DNA of 64,000 bases from Trypanosoma brucei. Lineage: Eukaryota. Positions within the stretch are counted from its first letter, which is position 1. Every line of letters begins with the position of its first letter. The notes below the pieces were generated by a model that was not told where the DNA came from, searched no databases, and worked only from the letters and a program-made list of their open reading frames with translations. The stretch covers positions 704,001 to 768,000 of the forward strand of contig CP000071.1 in the NCBI GenBank assembly GCA_000002445.1, in the 5' to 3' direction. Made by a program: the position numbers and the translations under genes. Positions 41,994 through 52,525 of the stretch are shown in pieces.

Positions 41994-42031
41994 GTTTTGT
42001 TTTTGTTTTTGTTTTTGTGTTTTGTGTTTTG
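41994..42031. repeat. (TTTTG)n-like T/G-rich simple repeat
   Basis: 'gttttgtttttgtttttgtttttgtgttttgtgttttg', a direct read in the long ACS-downstream gap. Confidence 0.8.
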
Positions 42032-42701
42032 TCTCCTCTTCTATTGTAAAGCAACTAACGTTCATCTCGGTAAAAAAAAAAGCGGGAAGTGGAGGTCGCA
42101 AAAGAGGCGCGGAAAAGGAATTGGGGAAAAACAAGCAGGCGAAGAGAGGATGATGACTACCGCGGAGACAAACACGTATACGAACTCACACGGTCAACTT
42201 TTATGTATTTATACGTGCAGGGTAGCTGATGGCACGATTTATTGGTGGCGGGAGGTAAACGACGGGAAAGAAAAGAAAAAAAAGGTGGAGAGGGAGAGGG
42301 AGAAGGAAAACGATGTATTAGTGGGCCCAAGCAAAACGGAAGACGAACCGATACAAAGGAAAGGTGAGAAGGGGGAGGGACCGTACACGTAATTGGTCTT
42401 TATTTATAACTTTGTTATCTTGCTTTTCCCACTTCATACTTGTTTTCTGCCCCAAGTTCACACTATTCGTAAGCGGCTGTAAGAAAAGGGGGCGGAAAAG
42501 GCTTAAGGTTTTTTCTTAGTGGTTATCCAAAGACAGTCGTCCGAGGTCGTTCCACCTGCCTACACATGCGGTGGTGCGAGTGTAGATTTAGGTGTGTATC
42601 CTTCTATTACTTTGTCTGAATTTCATTTACATGTTGTTTCGTGTTTCCTAAAAGGGCTGTTCCCCTCTGTTTTCCAGTAAAAACGTATCCACAAACGAAC
42701 G

Positions 42702-42742
<41 letters not shown>
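42702..42742. repeat. compound (TA)11-(GT)9 microsatellite
   Basis: 'tatatatatatatatatatatat' followed by 'gtgtgtgtgtgtgtgtgt', a direct read. Confidence 0.95.
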
Positions 42743-43711
42743 ATTTGCGAATGTATTTTGTCCGCCATTGAGAATGGAAAGGTATTAAGGATTTACGGCG
42801 TCTCGTCGTTCGGCGATATCATTTCATTATGTCCCTCACTCGCTTTGTCTTTCTTGTTCCTAAAGCGCGTAATTCTTCGTTTCTTTTTTTTCTTTTTTCT
42901 TTCCTACTCCTTTTGTTATTATTGTTGTTGTTGTTTTTTTTTTCATTGGTTTATTGGTTGGTTTGTTTCTTTCGCTCTTATTGTTCAACCGACACGTGCA
43001 CGTCGTGTGGGAATGGAGAGAAAAGCATACGTGCCTTGCCGCTTCGGGCGCAGAACCTCGTGACTCAACCGTATAATTTGTAGACTGAAGCAAACGAGAA
43101 GACCCCCAAAAGAAAAAAACGAAAGTGGAGAAGAGTTTATTTTGGGGTGTAGTTCCGGGGAGCGGCGGCTAAGACAATGATGCAGGGAAGCGAAAAGGAA
43201 GAAAAGATGTGTGCACGTTGTCATGCTTGCAATTTTTTTTGCCATTATCTCTCTTTTTTGTTTTTGTTTTTCGTTTCACGTGTCGGTTATGCTTAATTTT
43301 GAGGTTGAGCTAAGCCCTCGTGTGACAGAAGTACTTACACTAAATCCATTCAAAAGAAACAACAGGGAGGGAAGGGGGGGAACTGAATTCGCTTGTGCCC
43401 CTGCAGTTGTCATTGATTCTTTTTTCTTTTCCTCTGTTCATCCCCTTTTCTCCATGTGTGAAAAGCCATCCACTTCTTTAAGCAAAAACTATTGTTTTTG
43501 AAGAGCAAACACATGCAAGGAAGAAAGCGCTGGCCTCTTTTTGTGATGTTATGTGGTATACTGACTCGTTGAAGCGAACGCTAAAACCACTAATCGGACA
43601 GAAGAGGGGTCATGCAAACACGGCTATTTGCACTTACAATCATATACTCGTAGCCACGTGAAGGAGGATCGTTGCATTTACTTACAGAATACCCTTACAG
43701 AGCGATTGGTC

Positions 43712-43759
43712 ATATATATATATATATATATATATATTTATTTATTTATTTATTTATTT
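43712..43759. repeat. compound (AT)13-(TTTA)6 microsatellite
   Basis: 'atatatatatatatatatatatatat' followed by 'ttatttatttatttatttattt', a direct read. Confidence 0.95.
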
Positions 43760-44418
43760 GTACGAGTGAAATGCCCCAGCAGGGTTTGCACACCGTCTCC
43801 CGCATGTACGCCAACTTCACGATGGTTGAAGAATCACCGCTGCATGCTCAGCTCAATATCATCCCCAGCTGTTGTGGGCTGAGGATGCGCTGAAGGCTTT
43901 GATTTCATTACGTGAAAAACTCTCGCCACATTTGGTTCACCGCTCCCACATATGCAAAAGCTGGCCTTCGCCGGTCATCTTCGTTCCTCCCCTTTTGAAG
44001 GCAAGATGGCGCTTCCCTTTTGCGGGGGGCAAGTGAGACAAACCGAAAAAAAAAAGACAACATTTTTTTCTGGGCGTCCAGACCATGAAACCCGGAGAGT
44101 GGTCGAATTTCGTCTGTTTGTCCCTCTCTTTAGTATATTTTACGCAGGCTCGGGCTTTCCCTTCCGAAACGCTCATCCATCGCAACGCTAACATTCATGC
44201 AACTACAAATCTCATTGTGCCGTTACATCATCGCTTTAGCCCCCACTACTTACCTGCATTATATCTCTTATGTGCACATCCACATCTTCATCTTTCCTTC
44301 AATAGTTGTGCTCTTAGGGAGTGTAATTGACGCCTAGTGGATTTTGTTAGTTCCCTCCTCTACAAAATCGGGTGGTGCTCCTCTCACTTACTTAAACACG
44401 TAAACACATCAGTACGGG

Positions 44419-44763
44419 ATGGGCATAGAAACGTGGAAGGTTTTCCCGAGCATTCTCACGGAATACCCGAAGCATGGTGTTCCACTCCCTTGCTCGGATC
44501 AAAACCCACGCTTGAAATGCCCTGAGACGCGGTGGGCGAGAGATTTTTGCCTCGCACAGGGTGGTAACTGCGAGTATAAAATAGAGGCACATTTCGACTG
44601 TCTTGAGCAGTATTATCCACCAGAGAAGGTTATGCAGTTGCGCAAGGCATTTAAACCGAACACCTTGGACTACCCAACGAGCGACACGTACATTCGTTAT
44701 CGACATTTCTACATTGGTGCCGGTTGGATGGGGGGAAAGCGCGGGTGGGAAGGCACGGCGTAA
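44419..44763 (+). CDS. twin Cx9C (CHCH-fold) small protein, candidate mitochondrial intermembrane-space / COX6B-like protein, 114 aa
   Basis: Two Cx9C pairs spaced like a CHCH domain, 'CPETRWARDFC' and 'CEYKIEAHFDC'. Small size and ATG start in the gene-strand orientation. Confidence 0.5.
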   Translation: MGIETWKVFPSILTEYPKHGVPLPCSDQNPRLKCPETRWARDFCLAQGGNCEYKIEAHFDCLEQYYPPEKVMQLRKAFKPNTLDYPTSDTYIRYRHFYIGAGWMGGKRGWEGTA

Positions 44764-45534
44764 GGGTTGTGATGTTGTCATCTCCAAAGAGAAAAAAAAA
44801 AAGAAGGTTTCTTGTGCATTCTTGACCCTAGAAAGTACGGTTCTCTCCCAGGAGGTTGTTGTTCGTAGTTGAGGAAAAGCGTGGGTTGTGGTGCGTGTGG
44901 TAGCAAAACATGTAATCGTAGTAACACCTGATGGATGATAGCATGGCGGGAGGTTGTGAGAAGGGGAATAAATGTAAGGTCAGATTAGTAGGGAGAGACT
45001 TATATAAGAAGTTTTTTAGTGCTATGGCGGCTTTTTCTTCTCTCCCGCCGCAGGTCCATTCATACGTTTTTCATCGTTAAAATTTTTAGTTTAGCGTATG
45101 GTTGTTTGCCCGACGCTGAAGTGTAGCTGCACCGGTACGCCGCACACTTGCAGAGAAATTCGTGCGAGGAGGTCGCATTATGACGCGACCAAATGCAACG
45201 GTTGGAAGGACTGTTGCGTCTGGAGGAGGTGGAGTCCAAGAGAAGACACACTTAACCTGCCCCATCATCCTTTTTTTTTGTGTGTGTTGACCCCAACTGC
45301 TTCATCGTCCACCATCTCCCTTTCCCGCTTCCTTTCACGAATAGTTTGTGGACCGTGGTGCATATTACGGTTCTAGGGAAAGTGAGTAGTTACCGTCTAC
45401 GCTAGCTTTTTTACGCGGAAAGAAGCATACATTTGAAGCAAAAGTAGGTTTATTTAGAAGGGTAAAGGAACGAAAAGGCTCAAGTTTAAGAAAGGAACTA
45501 CTACAACAATTACAACAGGTTAATCAAAAGGATA

Positions 45535-46851
45535 ATGCTCCGTCGTACGTCCTCCACATTTTCAGCAAAGCGAGTATTTGTTGTGGGTGGGCATATTACA
45601 ACGTTTGTGGGCAAAGGGTCACCACTTTTTATCGATAAAAAACACCCCGATTTTGGCAAGAAGGAAAACAAAACACTGGAGGAACTTCTGGCAGAGAGCA
45701 TAAATGGAGCACTGCAAAACACGGGTCTGCACGACGGCCGTGCGGCGCTCGTTGACAAACTTGTCGTCGGAAACTTCCTTGGCGAGTTGTTCTCTTCTCA
45801 AGGGCACCTTGGTCCGGCAGCGGTTGGCAGTCTCTCCGGCAGCAACAGTTCTGCCTTCCTAAACAAACCAGCTGTGCGCGTCGAGGGTGCGTGTGCAAGT
45901 GGTGGCCTCGCTGTGCAGTCCGCATGGGAGGCACTACTCGCCGGTACTTCACAAATCGCCCTTGCTGTGGGTGTTGAGGTTCAGACAACCGTCTCTGCAC
46001 GTGTGGGTGGTGATTATCTCGCACGTGCAGCACACTACAAGCGCCAGCGACAGCTTGATGACTTCACGTTCCCCTGCCTCTTCGCAAGACGTATGAAGGC
46101 AATCCAGGAGGCGGGTCATTTTACGATGGAAGACGCAGCGTATGTGGCAGCGAAGGCTTACGCGAGTGGTAATCGGAACCCTCTGGCCCACATGCACGCG
46201 CGGAAGGTAACGTTAGACTTCTGCACACAAGCCTCCGACAAGAACCCTAACTTCCTTGGGAACGAAATATACAAGCCTTTCCTGCGGACCACGGACTGTT
46301 CACAGGTCAGTGATGGCGGAGCTGCGGTTATCCTCGCCAGTGAAGAAGGGTTGCAGAAGTTAGGCCTTTCACCCAACGACAACCGCCTCGTTGAAATCAA
46401 ATCTCTCGCCAGCGCAGCCGGTAACCTCTATGAGGACTCACCAGATCTTACACGAATGACTACTTCCATGGTTGCGGCGCGAACTGCCCTTTCGATGGCT
46501 GGCGTGAAGCCCGAGCAACTTCAGGTTGCAGAGGTGCATGACTGCTTTACCATCGCTGAGCTGCTAATGTATGAGGCCCTCGGTATTGCAGAGTACGGGG
46601 GTGCGGGGGCCCTCATCCGCAGTGGGGCAACGGCACTTGATGGTCGCATTCCAGTCAACACCGGGGGCGGTTTGTTGTCGTTCGGCCATCCGGTAGGAGC
46701 CACTGGCGTGAAGCAGGTGCTGGAGGTGTACCGGCAGATGAAGGGCCAATGTGGGGAATACCAAATGAAGAACATCCCCGGGATTGGCGCCACGCTTAAC
46801 ATGGGTGGTGATGACAAGACTGCAGTGTCTATGGTGCTAACGAATATCTAA
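45535..46851 (+). CDS. SCP2-type 3-ketoacyl-CoA thiolase (SCPx-thiolase-like protein), probably mitochondrial, 438 aa
   Basis: Thiolase-fold landmarks: the N-terminal 'VFVVGGHITTFVGKG' (replacing the usual nucleophile-loop region), 'VRVEGACASGGLAVQSAWEALLAG', C-terminal 'AEVHDCFTIAELLMYEALG' and 'NTGGGLLSFGHPVGATGVKQV' (His/Cys catalytic loops characteristic of SCP2-thiolases). The N-terminus 'MLRRTSSTFSAKR' looks like a mitochondrial presequence. There is no C-terminal PTS1. Confidence 0.85.
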   Translation: MLRRTSSTFSAKRVFVVGGHITTFVGKGSPLFIDKKHPDFGKKENKTLEELLAESINGALQNTGLHDGRAALVDKLVVGNFLGELFSSQGHLGPAAVGSLSGSNSSAFLNKPAVRVEGACASGGLAVQSAWEALLAGTSQIALAVGVEVQTTVSARVGGDYLARAAHYKRQRQLDDFTFPCLFARRMKAIQEAGHFTMEDAAYVAAKAYASGNRNPLAHMHARKVTLDFCTQASDKNPNFLGNEIYKPFLRTTDCSQVSDGGAAVILASEEGLQKLGLSPNDNRLVEIKSLASAAGNLYEDSPDLTRMTTSMVAARTALSMAGVKPEQLQVAEVHDCFTIAELLMYEALGIAEYGGAGALIRSGATALDGRIPVNTGGGLLSFGHPVGATGVKQVLEVYRQMKGQCGEYQMKNIPGIGATLNMGGDDKTAVSMVLTNI

Positions 46852-47685
46852 ACAGGCAGCGACGAAGAAGAACTGTTGCGAAAGGAAAGTAAATCCGCAC
46901 CCAACCACTCCCCTCCTCCCGCCCCCGGGGGGAAGCAAGGAAACATGTGATTGAAGACCACCACACCTCTACCGCGGCAACCGGGGGTGCCACGGTGGAC
47001 TGCAGGGGTGTGGTGCTCATAATGGATTCGTCTGTTTACTTTTACTGAATTTTCTGTTTTTTCTTTATTTCTTATTTTTCACACCTGGTTACTTTGCCAG
47101 TGGTGCCCGCTGAAATCTTTCTTGTGCTTGATGGGACCAAGTGACTGTCTAACACTGAATCGTACACCACAGGAGGGGGATGGAACTGAGGTAACGCAGT
47201 GGCACGCTCACGAAGCGTGTTAGGATACGGTATTACGAAGAAAACGGGTGGACGGAAAGAGAGGTGACCAACACCCCAACAGGATGATGTTCTTTATTGT
47301 GTCCACTTACTAGAGGGCTCTGTGATGCCAGCGCATTAGTTGTGCGGGGTTTTGACTATTCAATTGCTCATTTCCTTATCTTTCCTCTTCCACCTAATTG
47401 ACCTTTGGTTCCACTACTGCACTTCTACCTTTTCCGTTCACCATCAGGCCTACGGAACCTCTTTCAACCACCCTCACAATCTCTGCAATAATACCACGCG
47501 GGGGCGCACCTCGCATCGATACGCACCAATGACGCCTGTCGTGGGGCACGTGTACGTTAAACGGCGCTGCATCACACGCACCTCTCTCCCTCCTCGTTTA
47601 TTTACTTGGTAATAAATACCGACGTGCCTCTTATCTGAAGAAAATAATATACAAGAGACAAGGCGGGACACGCAACACTACAAGG

Positions 47686-49575
47686 ATGCTCCGCATCACC
47701 TTACCATCACAGCAAGTTTCCAAGCGGCTAGTTGCAAAGTTGGCCTCCATGTCTGGTGTAAAGGGTGCAACGGCAACTAATGCTAAGGGAAATGACGCTG
47801 CTTCACAGGCAATGGAAGCACCAGCAGTCGTACCACCTTCCAGAGAAACCCCCAAAAGTACCCTGCCGAGGGTAGGAGCAAGAGCAGCCGTTCCGGTGGG
47901 TGGCGCAGGCGTGCACTCGGATGCATTGAGGCAAGGTACGCTAAGAGCGGCAACGCCAATAAAGCCCTCAGTTGCCGCTGCGGCGGCGTCAGTGTACGAA
48001 ACACGTATCAACGCCCCAGCACCCAATATCCGCAATGGCGAAGCTGATGGACAGCAACTACCGCAAAAAAAGACACTGAGGAGACGGAAAAGGTTGATCA
48101 GGGTGTCAACCAGGCGTCGCGTACGTCAAAATACCGCCAAAGTCCCAGAAGATATGGAAGAGGAACCTATTGTGGAAGATGTGGAAGACCCATTCGTCGA
48201 TCAGGAGGAACACGAGGAGGAGCCCGTGGCCGCTGCGCCTCGAGAAAAGCGCCAGCAGCCTCGACCTGAGCGGGTAAAAGGACGGCCGGAAGCGAAAACA
48301 GTAGACAGACAACCGGAGATTAAAAAAACGGAACCTTCACCAGCCGCCTCATACGCTGCATACGAGCATGACAGAATTTCTGGTACGTCTCTTCACGGGA
48401 AAACACCGATGATTAAGGCCTTCCGTATCGAAGACGTACTCGCGGCGTGCACGCCTAGTGACGGTGTATTCGCCCGCCGGCTTCCGCAAGGGGGTTGTCA
48501 GTTCTTCGCATGGCCGGGCACCCCACTTGCCGTCGCTAGTAGCGCCGTGGCAAACATGCCGGAGACCATCCGGACCGTCCACGCCATATTTGGGCGAGAA
48601 AAAACGCCGATGGACTTGGTGCTGGATATCGACTGCCCCGTTCCACAGGAGCACTGGAGCATGTCAAAAGTTCGGCCGTTTCAGAAAAAGGTGTTGGACG
48701 ACGTGATGAATGTGATTGTGGAGGAAATTGAAGCAATTGGTGAGGAGATTGAGTCCCAGGTTGTGCTTCAGTCACCAAATCTCAAGAAGGTTTCCTTCCA
48801 CGTGCATACCAAGCTTAAGGATGCCGCCTTTGAAGATTACAATTCCCTACACGGATTCCTGCACCAGTTCCACAAGAGAATACCGGCCGTGGACCTGCAA
48901 ATCTACCGCTCCAACGGTATGCTCCGTATGCACCGTTGTATGAAGGAGAATCACACCAGCGCTATTGTGGTTTTTGAAGACAAGGACTGGAATATCGGTT
49001 TCCCAGACGGTATTGTACCGGACGCGAAAGCTGCCCTTCACTCCGCCTGCATCCGTGAAGAGGGAACGTACTCCCGTCTGCTGCACTTTGACCCGCCGCG
49101 CAACTTCCCAACGGCGTTTGAGAACTCCGGGGCCAACGGCAGCGGTGCCGCAGAGGATAAAAAAATCAAAGTCCTCCTTCCGCGCACGGAGCGTGAGGCA
49201 GTTGAAAACGCATCGCGATGGCTCCGTGAGGGAACCCGCGAGGCAGACGTTGACGAATGGCGCTCATGGATCCGGCTTGGTATCAATGCATACCGCGTGG
49301 CGTATCACTTCCGGGACGCAATGACGTTACAGCGGCCAGCACTGGAAGAGCTCCTTGACGCATGGGTGGAGGCGAGCAAGAAATGCCCAGCGAAGTTCAA
49401 ACCTGGTGTGTGCGAGGCCCGATGGGCAACATTTGATATTAACAGACTCTCGAAGTTTGACGATAATGAGTGGTGGCCATCATACCAACGCATTGGAAGG
49501 ACGGCGATGTTGAATGAAGCGGCAGACGCGGCAAACCGCGGTGGTGCCAACGGCATCCCTCCACAAGGAGCGTAA
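47686..49575 (+). CDS. PRI1: archaeo-eukaryotic primase (AEP/PrimPol-superfamily) domain protein, probably the kinetoplast DNA primase PRI1, 629 aa
   Basis: AEP motif I 'LVLDIDCP' (DxD), motif II 'VSFHVHTK' (SxH) and motif III region 'VDLQIYRSNGMLRMHRCMK', colinear in the central part. The N-terminus 'MLRITLPSQQVSKRLVAKLASM' is presequence-like. Size is about 70 kDa, as I recall for T. brucei PRI1. Confidence 0.6.
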   Translation: MLRITLPSQQVSKRLVAKLASMSGVKGATATNAKGNDAASQAMEAPAVVPPSRETPKSTLPRVGARAAVPVGGAGVHSDALRQGTLRAATPIKPSVAAAAASVYETRINAPAPNIRNGEADGQQLPQKKTLRRRKRLIRVSTRRRVRQNTAKVPEDMEEEPIVEDVEDPFVDQEEHEEEPVAAAPREKRQQPRPERVKGRPEAKTVDRQPEIKKTEPSPAASYAAYEHDRISGTSLHGKTPMIKAFRIEDVLAACTPSDGVFARRLPQGGCQFFAWPGTPLAVASSAVANMPETIRTVHAIFGREKTPMDLVLDIDCPVPQEHWSMSKVRPFQKKVLDDVMNVIVEEIEAIGEEIESQVVLQSPNLKKVSFHVHTKLKDAAFEDYNSLHGFLHQFHKRIPAVDLQIYRSNGMLRMHRCMKENHTSAIVVFEDKDWNIGFPDGIVPDAKAALHSACIREEGTYSRLLHFDPPRNFPTAFENSGANGSGAAEDKKIKVLLPRTEREAVENASRWLREGTREADVDEWRSWIRLGINAYRVAYHFRDAMTLQRPALEELLDAWVEASKKCPAKFKPGVCEARWATFDINRLSKFDDNEWWPSYQRIGRTAMLNEAADAANRGGANGIPPQGA

Positions 49576-49630
49576 TCGTAGCGACATAAGTTTGTGGCAG
49601 CACAGGGAAGGAGGGGGACATGAATGGATG

Positions 49631-49690
49631 GAGAAAAGAAAAATTGAAAAAAAAAGAAAAAGAAAAAGAAAGGAAACAAAGGTGAGCCGT
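49631..49690 (+). repeat. polypurine (GA-rich) tract, the beginning of a roughly 2 kb strand-asymmetric low-complexity spacer
   Basis: 'gagaaaagaaaaattgaaaaaaaaagaaaaagaaaaagaaaggaaacaaagg', a direct read. Further downstream (about 50600 to 51500) the same strand becomes pyrimidine-rich. Confidence 0.8.
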
Positions 49691-50558
49691 CATTTTTTCT
49701 TTTTCTCCACCCTGTGCTCACACTCGTTTTTATACACTCCGTGCGTTTTTATCATAGAGGTTTTACTCTCTTTTTTTTAAAAAAAAAAAGAGGGGGAGAA
49801 GAAAAGATTGTCGTCTTTGGATGGCCATCATGATAATTCGGGACGGGGCAGAGGGGGGAGAAGCCGGTGTCGCTGCCAACCACTGTTACCATAACCTCAA
49901 TCTCAACAGCATAGGACTGATGAAAGAGGGAAGAAAAATACCCAGCAAAGGGGGAAATATGCAAAGGGATGAAAAAAAGGATAAATAAACTTTTTCTTTG
50001 GGGATGAGGAATGCAGTGGTGCGTTACATAGCGACAGCATCTCTCTCTTTTTTTTTTTTGTAAATGTTTGTTGGTTCGATCATAGAAGAGATTCGAAGAA
50101 GGAAAAAAAAACTGTTTTCTTTTGAATATGGGAGTCTCAGATGTCTTGTGCACGCCTCAAGGGACATGAAGAATGCACTTGAAGCATGCGTAAATATTCA
50201 CTCCCTCTTTTCCTGTATGCATTTGCGATGTTACGTCATACATGTGTTTCTCCAAAAGAGAAAGAAAAGTTTTAAAAAGAAAAAAAAAGAAAAGAAAAGA
50301 AAATGTCTCTTTCCTTGTTTTTGAGGAAGCCATAGATTTTTTTTAAAAAAAAGAAAAAGGAATGAATAGAAGAGGATGAAGGGAGACAAGGTGATGAGTG
50401 TGGTGTGGTTGGCTGACTCCCTACGCTTTGTTTTGTTTTTGTTTTTGTGTGTTAGAGAGAGGAAAGAGGGGGTGATAAAAAAAAAATAGATAAATAAAAA
50501 GAAAAGAAGTAACACATGTTTATAACAGCAGTTGAGCAAGAAAGGGAGAAAAAAAAAA

Positions 50559-50577
50559 GAGAGAGAGAGAGAGAGAG
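50559..50577. repeat. (GA)9-10 microsatellite
   Basis: 'gagagagagagagagagag', a direct read. Confidence 0.9.
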
Positions 50578-51589
50578 CATCGGGGAAAAGGCAGCTATCG
50601 GATGCCTTTCGTTTGGTTTTCACAAGTCTGTGTTTTTCTGCTCTCCACACGTGTTCCCTGAAAAATAACCCCTTTGGGATCTCCTCTTTCCTTCACAGTG
50701 AACACGCATATACAGACACAAACATACAAGCGTACATTAACACAATAGAGCCTCATGCACATCCTGCTTTGTTATCTGTCATTTATTTTGAGGCGGCGGG
50801 CGTTTGCCCTTGTTTTCATCCACTGACTTTCCTTTCATTGTTGCTTTTTGTGTTTCTCCTTTTTTTTTTTATTGGTGTTTTTTTTTTTCCTTGTTCGTGG
50901 TTGTTTTATACAATTTGTATCCCCTTCTTTCCTTTTGTTTTTCGTTTCTGTTTTGCCCGCTTAATACCTCCACCGTCTCTTCCTTCGCCATTTTGTCGTG
51001 GGTTGAGGCTCCTTGCGACAGAACCTTCGTGTCAACGCCATTCCTGCAACTTCCACCTTTCCATAATTCTACCAAACTTTCGTCATTTTGTTACTATTAT
51101 CATTATTATTGTTATTATTAATGTTGCCGCTTCCTCTCATTACCTTTAAGTGTAGGATTGAAAATGGCGGAAAAAAGCAGATGAAAGGAGGAACTCGTGT
51201 GCGGGACGTGCCCTTGACGCTACAGGAACTCCCTACGAAATTCAAGGGTTCATGTTTCAGAGACTATATTTATTTATTTTTTAACGCTTCGTGGCGCAAA
51301 GCACATGCATTTCCGTCGCTTCTCTCTGGTTAGAGCGGATGTGTTGTTTCGTTATTATTATTATTTTTTCCTTTTTCTTTTTCTTTTTTGCTTTATTTGT
51401 GTGTGTTTACTTTCCTGTTCTCTCAGTAACTTCCCCCTTCATCCTTTCTGTCTCTCTTTTAACATGCTGTGCCGTTGTGTCCCTTAGCCTGTGAGCGCAC
51501 GTGCGCAAAGGGCTAACTGAAATTGTGGATACATCAGGCTTGGTATAGGGAAGTTTCCATTGCTTTTTTTTAAAAAAAAAAACTTTTTT

Positions 51590-52057
51590 ATGACGGAGTT
51601 GACACGCCTACACTCCGCCTGGGATGTTGACCGGCATATTGTGCTTGAAGGCGAGAAACTTGTACTTATCCGCTTCAGTCATTACGGTGAAGCGACGGAG
51701 CAGGAAGAAGACATGGCACACACACTTTCCACACGCCAAATAGATGAAGTACTTGTCGCACTCGCACCAAAGGTACGGAAGTATTGCACAATTTATGTTG
51801 TGTCTACGCTGGAGGTGCCTGAGTTCAACGTCATGTATGAATTGGGTCACAGCAGAGAGCCCTTCGCCGTGATGTTCTTTTACCGAAACGCACATATCCG
51901 TGTGGATGTGGGGACGGGGAACAATAATAAAATCAATTTTGTTGTATCGGAAGATGAACTGTTATCCATCGCTGACGCAGCGTACCGTGCGGGGAGAAGT
52001 GGAAAGACGATAGCATACTCGGAAAAGAAATTCACAACAGCTGCTGTACGCCGTTAG
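51590..52057 (+). CDS. DIM1: Dim1 / TXNL4A-family thioredoxin-like U5 snRNP protein, 155 aa
   Basis: Near-colinear with Dim1: 'LHSAWDVDRHIVLEGEKLVLIRFSH' (compare LHNGWQVDQAIL...RVVVIRFGH), 'IYVVSTLEVPEFNVMYEL' (compare IYLVDITEVPDFNKMYEL), and 'VMFFYRNAHIRVDVGTGNNNKINF' (compare VMFFFRNKHIMIDLGTGNNNKINW). The track start is TTG 51560; first ATG is 51590. Confidence 0.85.
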   Translation: MTELTRLHSAWDVDRHIVLEGEKLVLIRFSHYGEATEQEEDMAHTLSTRQIDEVLVALAPKVRKYCTIYVVSTLEVPEFNVMYELGHSREPFAVMFFYRNAHIRVDVGTGNNNKINFVVSEDELLSIADAAYRAGRSGKTIAYSEKKFTTAAVRR

Positions 52058-52525
52058 TGCTGTCTTTAGTGTCGCCCATGTGTCATTAAGTTGCGCAAGT
52101 GGGAACTACAGTTGGGGAGAGAATATTTTTCTTTCGTTTCCCTCATCACATATTTTCTTCTTCACCCACAACACCCACATACGTTCACGCACGTTATGAC
52201 TTTAAAAAAAAAAACTAAGTATATGTAAACCGTTGTTATTTTCTGCTGAAGAATTGTATGACACACGCCTTTCCCTACTTCTGTTGCCTCTCTCAGATTT
52301 TTTCACTTGCCCCAGGTAAACAGGTGGAGGGGAAGAGCATTACGTATTTCCTCCCAAAGGTGTGGGGGTTAAGTTCAACATAACGTGGTACCGTTACACG
52401 TGAAAGAACGGAAACAAATAAGGAGAAAAAGGAAAAGAAAAAAAAAGTTGTGCTCCTCAACGGTCTATCGAAAGGGCAACAACAACAACTGTAACAGCAA
52501 ACGCGGGAGTAAAAGGACACAGAAA

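Noticed and set aside
41970-42392. Low-complexity ORFs in spacers (41970..42392, 42641..43063, 50532..51149, 12983..13498, 27375..27735)
   Set aside because: Their translations are dominated by homopolymer or microsatellite-derived runs (F/L/C or K/E/R repeats). They are artefacts of T-rich/GA-rich UTR sequence.
39395-46851. Apparent metabolic 'operon' of acetyl-CoA synthetase, a CHCH protein and an SCP2-thiolase
   Set aside because: In kinetoplastids adjacency within a polycistron does not imply co-function. The genes are separated by 0.8-3 kb spacers with their own splice-acceptor tracts, so there is no basis for calling a functional cluster.
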